Source: Selaginella moellendorffii | Taxonomy: Eukaryota > Plantae > Lycopodiophyta | Length of the DNA: 64,000 nt | NCBI RefSeq assembly: GCF_000143415.4 | Contig: NW_003314306.1 | Span: 294,029 to 358,028 of the forward strand | Reading direction: 5' to 3' | In this document: positions 12,386 through 22,834 of the stretch, in pieces | How the letters are laid out: the number at the start of each line of letters is the position of its first letter | Position numbering within the stretch: the stretch's first letter is position 1 | Program-made: the position numbers and the translations under genes | Notes under the pieces: generated by a model | What the model was told of the DNA's origin: nothing | The model's database searches: none | Seen by the model: the letters and a program-made list of their open reading frames with translations, nothing else

Positions 12386-13859
12386 CGGTGCAAATAGTAA
12401 TCTAATCTTGGTGGCTACACTAACCCTAACCCTGACGGCTGCCCTAACCCTAACCAATATCTCATCTTGGCTGTTCATTCCAAATAACCTAAATCTCAAC
12501 CATCACAATATCTTCAATTTTATTTTATCTTATCATTATTATTATATGTGAATTATGGTTCTTTATTGTGTATATTTTAATGATGATATAACTAGCATCT
12601 ATCAATAATTCTGTTATTAGAGATATGATATATTTTTTCTAAATTATCTAAAAAGGATGCATTCTCATCAATATTTTATATATATTTTAGAACCGTTACA
12701 AGAACTTTAAAGAGTATAAATAAGGCACATTAAAATATGTTGCACTATATTTATCTATAAATGGATGGATCCTCATCCTGAAATTTATTTTGTGTTGTAT
12801 TAGATCCTAAAAAATAGGCATGTGCTTTAAATGTTATTGAGCAATGTTCACAATTATGGATAAAACTTGAGTTGTACTACGAATCAAATCTATCATTGAA
12901 GAATAAGATTTGACAAGAATTATCATCATCTACCATTTAAGATTTGACAACTTGACACATCACATATGCTGACAATTAGATTGGATCTCTTGAATTGACA
13001 AACTATAGCAGAATGTCATTACTAATATCATTATTGACTATCAAACTTCACATGCTGAAAATCCTTCCTTGGATCTATGTGTATACATGCATCAGATATC
13101 ATAATAGATGACAGTAATATTAATACTATCACACTTGCACATGTTAAATTTGCTATAAAATTTAAATTCATTTTGTATATTGACATTCTTCTTATTGCTC
13201 TATTTAAATTTCAATTACTTTTCACTATGGATTTTTATAAGTAGTATAAAGAAAGAGAACTCCAAAACCTATTGAGAAGGATAGAGAGGTTTCTTTTTCA
13301 TTTTCAAAATCACCCACCTCTTTCATTCTCTTAGAGTATTGTTTCCGAAAGTTTTTTATATCGGCGTTTTGATCTTCGTCTTGGCTCTATTGCTTTAGAG
13401 GCTGTGATTTGTAACAACACTGGTATAGTTGTATGTTTAGAGGTTTGTCTTTCAGGTGTGGGCAAAGGTGGACAGCAATAAGATTTGCAGAATTCTAAAT
13501 CGAAAGAGATTTGAGTTTTTGGATATTCAATCAAAGTGTCAAGATGCACTCTAACTAAAGTGAATATGAAGCAAGAGTCAATTATTATTTTTTCATCCTC
13601 TTTTAATTCAAGTGAAGAAGTTATGCTAGTGTCGACGCCGAATTCACTAGCTCCAGCTCTAGCTCTAGCTTTAGCAATATTCAAAGCTGTTAGCAATGCT
13701 TTCCAGTTTTTGTGCCTCTCAATCGACATGCACTTGTTTTTGTATAGGCTTGTGAGCGAACTTCCATCCTCCTACAATAACAACATTTTCTTAGAGCTAC
13801 CACCTCTTGTTAGTAACACAGCTTTCAAACGGAAGGGGATGGAAACCAAGCAGGATGTC

Positions 13860-14597
13860 TACAATTGGTGTAAGATCAAGACTACACACTTCTAACATTT
13901 TGAAGACATAGTGTCTATAGTTCATTGTGGTAGGAATTTAGATTGTGTGGATGAAGCATGCAATTGAGACCGCTGTAGAAATTCTATATTTTCGAAGGGT
14001 TTACAGTCAATCCTCCAGCTTATGACACCATTGCTGTTGGATTCAAGTGTTGATTCTGCAAAAACACTCCTCTATGTTGTGTTATCTATGAGGCCAAGAT
14101 GTATTACTTTCTTCCATAGGATGAAGTGGCTGGAAGAGCTGCAATGCATGTTAGCACATACATATATTCATTGTAGAAGGGATACAAAGGAGTTCTCTTA
14201 ACCGTTTCAAAGATGTTGTGCTGGAAGAGACTATGAGAAACTCATCTACAACTCTAAAGCATGTTCAAAAGATCGTTCTCAAGGATTTTATCGCAAATAC
14301 TTTACTCAATCTAGGTTGTTAAAGGACTTAACTAAATGAGGTTAGCTCATGGGACTTACTACAAGGAGTATAACCTACTACTAGCCTAAGGAGGTATGTT
14401 GGTTATATTTCATAAGTTATAATAATATTTTTTTCTTACATTATATTGTTTAAGATAAAATCTTGGATGTGTGAATCTCAAGAGGGGAAGTTGCAATCAA
14501 AAATTGACTGCATCCTTGAATTGAAACAAACCTATTTACACAAGTTCATCTATGAAAGTTTGTTTCTAGACCAAGTTATGAATGAGTAGGAGTGCTC
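13860..14597 (+). pseudogene. MULE-like transposase remnant, N-terminal Cys/His region (piece 1)
   Basis: HCGRNLDCVDEAC...KC*FCK...EAKMYYFLP...RAAMH. Reading continues across the solo LTR into RPFVFK. Confidence 0.55.
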
Positions 14598-16045
14598 TAT
14601 AAGACACAAATCCCAAAAGCCCCAAAGTGGAGCCGAAAGTGCCATGTGGTAGTGGCCGGAGAGAAAGCCAAACAAGCATAACATGTTTGGACTAAAAACT
14701 TCGACTTGAAAAGTCAAGAGTGAAAGTGGAACTCCCAACGAAGTGCTCAAGGAACAAGCACGAAGCAAGCAGTAAGTGAGTCTCTAGAAAAAGGAACACA
14801 AAAGGACCAACACATGACACATGGAGAAATTCGAGATGGACTCGAGATGGACCCGAGATGGAGTTTGAGATGGAGTCCGAGATAGACCCGAGATGGAGTC
14901 CGAGATGGACCCGAGATGGAGTCCAAAATGAACATGAAATGGAGTTCGAGATAGAGTCCAAGATGGACCTCGAGATAGACCCGAGATAGAGTCCAAGATA
15001 GACCTGAGATTGAGACTGAGATCGAGACTAAGACCGAGACCGAGTCCGAGTCCGAAATTGAGATCAAGACCAAGTCCAAGTCTGAGTCTGAGTCTAAGTC
15101 TAAGTCTAAGTCCGAATACTAATACAGGCTGTTGGGTGAAAGCCCAAAGCAATTGTCCCCCAAGGGGGGGGGGGGGGGCGGTTGGAGGGGGTTCCAAAAG
15201 TATAATAGGGAGAGTGTGGGGGTGTGATCCTAGTGGAGCTAGTTTGGCTAGGAAAGGCCAGTTTAGCCTAGGAAGGCCATACCCAGCTGTTGGGTGATGA
15301 GATAACCACTAAGAAGTCCAAGGCTAGAGTAAATATAGATTGACAAGTGGGGTAGCTTAGTGAAGTGTTTAAGAGCTAACTCTAGTTCTCCTAGGAGATC
15401 AAATGGTCGATGCTCCCAGTCCAAGCATGGGTGGCACTACCTACTTGGATACCTGGCGTGGCTCAACAGAACCTTGCTCTAGAGCACCTAAAGGCAAAAG
15501 GCGGGGAGAGTTACTTATGAAGCTTGCGTAGGGCCATGGTATTCTGAAATGTTGTCCCAAAGTCTTAGACTATGGAAAGGAAGAGGAGTAGTCCTCTGGT
15601 GCGGCGATCAAGGATACAGTCACATAGTGAGGAAGTCCCAAAGGAGAGTGGGACTTGGTGGTTGGGCCTGTGGGCTTTGATCCAATGGCAGTGTTATGTT
15701 TGTGGGCATCTTAAGGATGCTAAAGAGTGGATCTAAGATGATCACTCATGGACGAGCAGCATAGTCTTTGAGAGACGGGACTATGATGTAAGTGACTAAG
15801 GTGAATGGGCATGGCCTTAGCATAACAGGTTGATATGTCGGTGGTACCTTGGGGTGTCGGTCTTGGGATCGAACACATAGAGCACTTGGATCAAGTCCAA
15901 AGGTTGAATGGCATGGATGCCATTTTCGGGGCTAACAAGCCCCAAGTCCTGAATTAGACTTATGGAAGTTGTGAATGAGACTCCTTCAAGTGGTTGGAGG
16001 TGTGGGTGAGTGACTAAAGTAAAATAGAAAAATTAACTACTTACA
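14598..16045 (+). mobile_element. Solo LTR (about 1.45 kb) related to the chromovirus LTRs
   Basis: T(A)TAAG...CTTACA termini. Degenerate TSD TGCTC/CGCCC. GAGTCC/GAGATG hexamer array and the GGGTGAAAGCCCAAAGC-polyG-GGTTCCAAAAGTATA core shared with 21628-22775. Confidence 0.8.
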
Positions 16046-16215
16046 CGCCCCTTCGTCTTCAAAATATTTACCATAAACCCTGCCTTTGGTGTAGATTTTG
16101 TCTCTCGAATGAACATGTTAGGGTCTAGTGATTTTGCAAATGCATGGGTACATTTTGACCATATAGGGCACATATCGGGTTAGACAACCATAGGAGCTCA
16201 TGTATATAATCCAAG
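16046..16215 (+). pseudogene. MULE-like transposase remnant (piece 2, first catalytic Asp)
   Basis: PFVFKIFT...AWVHFDHIGHISG*TTIGAHVYNP, followed by a GT donor at 16216. Confidence 0.7.
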
Positions 16216-16257
16216 GTAATTTTTATTCTCATTATATTGAAATTATTGTAATATTAC

Positions 16258-16279
16258 GCTCTATTTCGTTAAAGTGGGA
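16258..16279 (+). repeat. Left terminal inverted repeat
   Basis: Exact reverse complement of 36889-36910. Confidence 0.92.
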
Positions 16280-16707
16280 ATTGTCATTATCCCACTTGTA
16301 AAATAAGGTTTCCAAACCTTTATATAGTATATAAATATAACAAAATTCAACTGCATTGAGGCACATGCCATTTTATTTTAAACAAGGAAATGTCTACTCA
16401 ATCACTTCTCCTCCCCCTGCCACTGCTTCACCTCTCTCTTCTCCTTGTCATCATCGTCCAATTTCTTTCCATCCTTTTAATATTGGCTCAGTTGCTCCGA
16501 GTCTAGGTGGAGCCCAAGTCCCCATTCAATCTTTACTTTCCCCTTATTAATAAAACAACTTCGTAGACTTCCAATAACATGCTGTAACACGTTGTAACAC
16601 TTCTAGTATAATGCAAATCCTCTCAAAGAATTGTCTTTTAATATTAATACAATGGCATGGAACCCCATGCCATAATAAGTTACATTTTTAAATAAATACA
16701 TGCCATC

Positions 16708-17529
16708 TCAGACTGTTATTTTTTGCCTCCAACGCCTATACAATAATCTTAGAATTTCATCACTCTCCACACTATCAGGATTTAAACCCAATAGTAATGC
16801 CATCTCTTCTCTAATACGTCCACGCTCATGTTCAGTGGTTGAAGAACCCATCCGGTTGAGCAGATTATGGAGATGCGGATAGTGTTTGGCTAGACAATAT
16901 ATATGCCATAAATGATGACTGGTGTCTGTCCGATCAAATGGCTTCTGATATACCGTTCCATCTGCCATTTGGTTGATTTCTGCAGCCACCTCCTGGACTG
17001 GCCGGTTCTCTATCACCATCGCTCCAAGCCGTTTTGCAAGGTCCCCCAGAACATAGGATTTCTTCTCCCTAGTTTCCATACTGCAAGAGATGGGGTGCAC
17101 TGCATATGTGTGCGTGTTCGCTGCAGTTTTAATCGGCGAGTCATCGATGATGAGGATTTCACTTGACCTAGCAGTCCGGTTCATCACTACAGCCTCTGGC
17201 TTGACGAAGATGGGCTTGCTACCCCTCACATGGACCATAGTCAAGCAATCCTCCTGCGTTAGGAGAAAGTCAAATGGTAATATTACTCGCGTCTGATCGT
17301 GCATCATCTGTAGCAATGTTAATGCATTGTGGCGCATCATGGATGTCCAAACTCCCAATTGCAAATTGAACCCGGCCCTCTGTTTTAAGTGTCGCATGGT
17401 TTTCTCCCATGAGCGTGGCTCGTCCTCGAATGTCACTGCACCCTCCAAAGCCTGCGGTCGCAAGTTGGTCAAAAGAGACAGATTCACATTAATCACACGG
17501 GAGAAACTGCGGGATCTAATAATGACCAT
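16708..17529 (-). CDS. FCP1/NIF-like HAD-fold phosphatase domain, probably the 3' end of the cargo gene
   Basis: LGVWTSM...FLLTQEDC...IFVKP...ILIIDDSPIKTAAN matches FCP1/SCP-family motifs II-IV. No clear DxDxT motif I. Confidence 0.7.
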   Translation of the reverse strand: MVIIRSRSFSRVINVNLSLLTNLRPQALEGAVTFEDEPRSWEKTMRHLKQRAGFNLQLGVWTSMMRHNALTLLQMMHDQTRVILPFDFLLTQEDCLTMVHVRGSKPIFVKPEAVVMNRTARSSEILIIDDSPIKTAANTHTYAVHPISCSMETREKKSYVLGDLAKRLGAMVIENRPVQEVAAEINQMADGTVYQKPFDRTDTSHHLWHIYCLAKHYPHLHNLLNRMGSSTTEHERGRIREEMALLLGLNPDSVESDEILRLLYRRWRQKITV

Positions 17530-19397
17530 CTACAATATTAGCGAATGGTGCTCCCGATGGTCGTTCAGAGGGTTTTGGTCGAGGAAACGTGAAGGGCGGA
17601 AATACTCTCCTCTGCAATGTGGGGTCAATCGCATCTGATGGCGTGTGGGCACATGCCATTTCAGCTGTAGACTCTGGTACAACTGGCTCAATAGTGGCAT
17701 GGGGTGGTTCCGATGGCGTGTGATCACACGCCATTTTAGCTGGTGCCTCCGTTGGCAAAGTGGACATGACCGAACAGGCAGCAGGTGTGGTGTAGGGAGG
17801 TTCCAACGGCGCGTAGTAAGACGATTGGGCACACGTTGAGTCCGTTGGAAATGAGGATACAACTGGCTCGGCGGCTGGGGCGGCCTCATGCGGGTCCAAT
17901 GGCGCTTGGTCACCGTCAGTTGGATACGTGGACAAGATTGACTCAGTGGTATGGGCAGCATCAAGTGGAGCGTGGTCAGCTTGCTTGGCGTTGATATGGA
18001 TAGTAGCCTCCACCAGCTCTGATGACTCTTGCAGGCAAGTAGAGTCCACTGGCGGATCCATATGCATGTCCAAATATCTCCCTTCGATTGAGATGGTATC
18101 CTCCCTACTGGCTACTAAAAACAAACTCATTAGCACATTGAATCGACTATACTGTATTTACCATCAACTGCTATTGAGGAACTAGGACCGATATCACTTG
18201 GGCGCACTGCTGATTCTGAAGGATTGGACATATGTTTCGACCCTTGCTTGGCACTATCCTTCCTCGACACTAAAGGCTAGAATTTGTATCTTAATTCAAC
18301 TGAATAATCTCTACTTACCATTTGCTTTGCAACCTACATGGACAATGTTAGAAATGGTAAAAGGTTAGGAATGGATGTACTATTATTTACCTGATGGTTT
18401 GTCTTGTATGACCTTCCTCCGCTGCTCTTTGGCCACCTCAGGCTGGCCATCATCGTCATCATCGTCGTCGTCGTTATTGTGATCGTCACCATTGTGAGGA
18501 CCATCCAAGTCCTCTTCGTCCTCCTCTTCTTCGTCCTCCTCTTCTTCGTCCTCCTCTTCTTTGTCCTCTTCGTCCTTCTGCTCTTCCTGCTCATTATCTT
18601 TCTCTGGCTCCTCATCCCCCTCCTGCATTTCTTCCATAGGCTGCTCAGGCTGGATGGCTTATTCTTCCAGGACCATCTTGGGAAAATCATCTGGCCGAGT
18701 CTCCATCTCAAAATACAAGACATCCATAGCCTATTTTAGTGCATGACCTAGGACCGTATCCTCACCCGACTGTCTTAACATGGTTTCTGCACGTTCTTGC
18801 ACCCTTCGAAGACGACGAGATGAGAAAGACGTGGCCCTGACTTGAAAAGCATCCCTCATCCATTGTACCTCTCCATTGAGATGAGAAAGACGTGGCCCTG
18901 ACTTGAAAAGCATCCCTCATCCATTGTACCTCTCCATTGAGATTGGGGAAGGGGACTCCGCCATAGGAATCTGAGTCTGGAGGTGGTGACCGCGAGGCAT
19001 TACTTATCATCTTTTCGTTGCCCTTCTTCCTTTTCGAATCAAACGCCTCTGATCCCGATGACTGTCCAACGTGCTTTCGCTTTTTATGACCACTGTCAGT
19101 TTGAGCTTGGCTGGTGCTTGCCTGTTTTGCCTTTGAAGAAGTGTCTCCTGCAAGGAATGGCATGAGACCACACGCCATTGCAAATATAATTTGTACCTCC
19201 TTTTTTCCTATTGCTTGTCTGTTTGTCCTTCTTCGACGCGCCACCAGTGCGCTTTTCAGTCCTCATGTCTGAATATTCACAACGATCTATAATCAAAATG
19301 GCGTGAGGCCTCACGTGACCTTACCTTGTGCAGGTTGTGAGCTCGGCCCAACAGTAGCTGTTAACGCCGTTTCAGCATCTGGCGGTGGCCACGCTCC
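17516..19397 (-). pseudogene. Spliced basic/acidic low-complexity linker exons of the cargo gene
   Basis: Short GT-AG introns (about 19397-19446, 19269-19324, 19148-19196, 18334-18390 and two more near 18.1-18.3 kb) join the exons in frame. Contains a poly-Glu/Asp tract, a 61-bp tandem duplication (about 18817-18938) and in-frame TAG/TAA stops. Confidence 0.65.
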
Positions 19398-19429
19398 TGC
19401 ATACAGAGCTTGTGAGATAACATTTAAAC

Positions 19430-21627
19430 TTAAAGTGCGTACTCACCAGGTTCGCAGAGAAGATACTGTTTTTCTTTGGCAACTGTAATTATATGCTTCA
19501 TTGAAGTCACCTCTTCAATGGAGTTTGTCACCGCAACACACGGGACACCCTTGAGTAGTGCGGCTCGAAAGAATAGTCCGCCGCAGTTGTACTCGACAAC
19601 GCATTTGCCCTTGGAGTCAGAAGCAGGTGCTATTGCGTTGAAGACCCAGCTGAGCATTTCCCATGCTGCACCTGGAGCTTTCTCTGGATTCGAAAGCTCC
19701 ATAGCCATCTTCAGTTCCTCAGGCACGGGTAAATTGACCTCCCTCAGATCAATTCGATCGGCCTTGTCGAACGAAGCTGGGAAGTCACTCCAGTCCCACT
19801 CTGCTGCAGGACCAATAACAAGGGCGAGTGTGAAGATGCGGACATTCGTCGGTATCTTCTTCTTAGCCATTATCCCATGGATCTCCTGCATCTCCTTGCC
19901 TTTCAACCGAGCCTTCACCTCGTTCAAGGCCTTCCAGAACTTGTGATAGGATTCGGAGTCGTAGATCATATAGTGGACTGAAGATTCCACCTCCGCAAGT
20001 CCCACCATTAAGTCAATGATGGAGCTGACTTCGTCTGCATGAGTGATCTCCTCGTTTGTGAAGTCCATCACACAAAAGATGTTCTTGACCTGCTCATCTC
20101 CGCGGGAAACGATGCTCCTCCACCTTTGATCCTCATCCGAATTTACGTATACCCGGTAAGGTTCTTGATAGGCCTCTGCTGCGGGGTCGAGCTGTTTCTG
20201 AAGCCGGCGGTCGACATCCCTTTTAATGAAATTTGGATACTGATCCAACTTCTCAGCTTTACTTTTCGTGGCATCCCGCAGCAGATCGATGAACTTGGGG
20301 GCCCCCTTCATGTAGTCGTCGATGTCTTCATTTGACAACTCCAGCTCTTCCATCATCTCTTGCGTGGTGTCGATGCTCACCCTCTCCACGGCCACTTGCT
20401 CGAAGATCCAATCCTTCAATAGCGCACGAGCTCTCAGAGTCGTGCACAAGTCCTCGTATGTCACAATATGGCCGGGAGTCATTTTGGTCTTGTTGAAGAC
20501 TACCTCACCACGTAGAAGAGCATTAGCCACTGTCAGAAGGTCGTCGTCGTCTAGAGACCGCGAGAAACGCAAGGCGTTGAGCTTCAAATCATTGGGCTTC
20601 CGGCCGTCCTCCAGACCCATTGAGTTTAGCAACTCCCCGTCATGGTACCTCCTCAGCACATCTACCCATTTGTCAAAAACAACTTTTGTCGCGAGTAGAA
20701 TGTTATGGATGCTGAGTGTGTCATTGACCCCCAGTGTTTTCGAGAGAAGACTCGAGAATTCCTGCAATGGAAATGGCGTGAGGCCACATGCTATGCCACA
20801 TGCAACGAGGCTTACCTGCCAGGCGCTAGTTGCTAGTGCACGTCCTTGTCCTGGTTTTTGTGGCTTCTTCAGTTGAACCCAGAGCTTCCGTGTTCGTGCC
20901 AATGTCTCATGCAGACCTGATTTGTAGCACGTTTCTTGCTTGACATTCTGCGCGTGGGAGATGGATATGATAGATCGGAGGGGTGAGTTGCCTTTTATCA
21001 GGCGGACAACTCTTGTCTTGAAGACTTTCTTCACCTCCTCGCCCACCATAATATCCACAACTATCTCTTGTATCGCCAAACTAGAATGCTGCCCGGAGAT
21101 GGCATAGAACCGGATGTTCTGATCGTCCAACACCTTCCTATTGATCAAGTCTGGAAACCTCGTCTCGCCCTTCATTGTTCGGTAGTAGGGGATCACGTCT
21201 GCGATGTCGGGTGTTACTGGACTTGCCAGCATCTTCTGCTTCAGTTTCTCCACCCACTCATCAGATACTAGCCTGTGGTTGTATTTGCTTTGGATCTCGA
21301 TACGACTCACGTCGATTGTATATACTTTGTTGGAATAGTAACAAGTACTATTATCTGCGACAATTTTTGCTGCCTCTTCTTGCTCTTTCTACTCTTTGCG
21401 GCTCTTCTTTTTGGTGGGTGTAGTGTTCGAACCCGAGGCAATGGCATCACCGAGTAGCTTCTTTTTTGGAGCAAGAGAGTCGGACGTCGGCTTGAGCTTG
21501 ACCACCCTTTTCTGCTTCGGGGTAGTTTCCAGATCGACCCCTTTCCCCTTCGCTTCGCGAACTGGAGGCACTCTCAACGGCTCAATGTTGGAATATAGTT
21601 TTTGAACATCGCCGTAGGTGAGGTCCG
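19430..21627 (-). CDS. ParB/Srx-like domain fused to a divergent beta-class DNA methyltransferase fold (cargo gene core)
   Basis: VYTIDVSRIEIQSKYNHRLVSDEWVEKLKQKM...FYAISGQHSSLAIQE (ParB/Srx/DndB-type GxH motif). C-terminal NIFCVMDFT...EKAP...LSWVFNAIAP...GKCVVEYNCGGLFFRAALLKGVPCVAV. In-frame 54-nt intron at about 20762-20815; one stop at 21389. Confidence 0.72.
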
Positions 21628-22775
21628 TGTAAGGAACCAACTCGCCGAGGTGTCGTAGGCTAAGGGAACCCCGAAAGCATGACCAAAATGACAAAGAGTT
21701 CATCGGATGGGACTAAGTCAAAGATCGAGTCCAAGACCGACTCTAGGACCGAGTTCGAGATAGAGTCCGGAATCGAGTCCAAGACCGACTCGGGGACCGA
21801 GTTCGAGTCCGAGTTCAAGACCGAGTTCGAGACGGAGTCCGAGATCCGAAATCGGGTCCGAGACCGAGTCCGAAGTCGAGTCCGAGGTCGGGCCCGAGAT
21901 CGGGTCCGAGATCGAGTCCGCGATCGAGTCCGAGACCGAATCCGAAGTCGGATCCGAAATCGGATCCGAGATCGAGCCAGAGACTAAGTCCAAATACTAA
22001 TACGGGTCAAGGGGTGAAAGCCCAAAGCGTGCGTCCCCCAGGGGGGGGGGGCTGCAGGGGGTTCCAAAAGTATAGTAGGGATAGTGAGGTCCAGGAACCA
22101 GTTTTGAAGGGACTCTCCAGTTGGGCTTCCAAACCGACTTGAGGTTGGGACTGGGACTAAGGGGCCTTGGGTGGGAGTGAGCATGGACTTGGCTGGTGCC
22201 GGAGGGGCCATCCAAGGAAGTGCTCAAGAGCAGCTCCCACTCCCGAAAGGGAAACCGATTGCGGTGCTCCCGGCTCATGTGGAGTGGTGCCCCACTTGAG
22301 TACCATGCAGCTCATTGGTCCTCGCCCTTCCTAGGGGCTTGGGCCTTCCTTCGGGATGGAAGTGGGGGGCGAGAGGTACCCATACCGGGCCGTTAGGCCA
22401 CGGTGTTTCGCCCCGGCGTCCCGAAGCAAGTGTTGCACTCAAGACTTGGGATTTAGAGGGTCCCATGATCAAGTCTTGTGGTACCAAGGGATGTTAGGAA
22501 CCTGGAAGCTTGGTGTGCTTGGCTGCTTGTGCTTGCGGGGAGTGTAGCCGAACCTTAAGTCCAGTCTAACCCGGGGAGGGGGATTGGGAGTGATTTGGGA
22601 ATCCGTGGAAGGATGGCTAACACTCCGTTGCTCGTGCAGTGAGTAGCTGAAACCAAGTAGGAGCTGGTACCATAGGCGAGAACCTTGGCAAGGGAACTTA
22701 GCAAAAGCCAAGGCAGTGTTGGACGGATAGACGAGGTAAGCTGGCAAATTGGAAAGGAAAAATTTGTGGCTTACA
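21628..22775 (+). repeat. Chromovirus 5' LTR with internal GAGTCC/GAGATC hexamer array
   Basis: Direct repeat of 28021-29168. Confidence 0.97.
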
Positions 22776-22778
22776 ATT

Positions 22779-22790
22779 TGGTATCGGAGC
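22779..22790 (+). promoter_or_regulatory. PBS for initiator tRNA-Met
   Basis: TGGTATCGGAGC, one mismatch to TGGTATCAGAGC, 3 nt after the 5' LTR. Confidence 0.85.
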
Positions 22791-22834
22791 CTTTTCCTCA
22801 GTTCTAGCGAAGGATAGAGGCGGATTGCTGGGAG

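Noticed and set aside
16254-16257. PIF/Harbinger assignment from the TTA flanks
   Set aside because: The transposase motifs are Sola1/DUF7869-like, not Harbinger, and there is no Myb/SANT partner. TSD length remains uncertain because the outermost base is mismatched.
9592-21627. Bacterial contamination as the source of the ParB and MTase sequences
   Set aside because: Both genes have short GT-AG introns and are interleaved with plant retroelements and MULE DNA.
21715-21990. Regular short repeats resembling a CRISPR array or RD/SD-repeat proteins (also 14830-15115 and 28108-28383)
   Set aside because: Hexamer tandem repeats inside LTRs, with no unique spacers and no cas genes. The ORFs are repeat artefacts.
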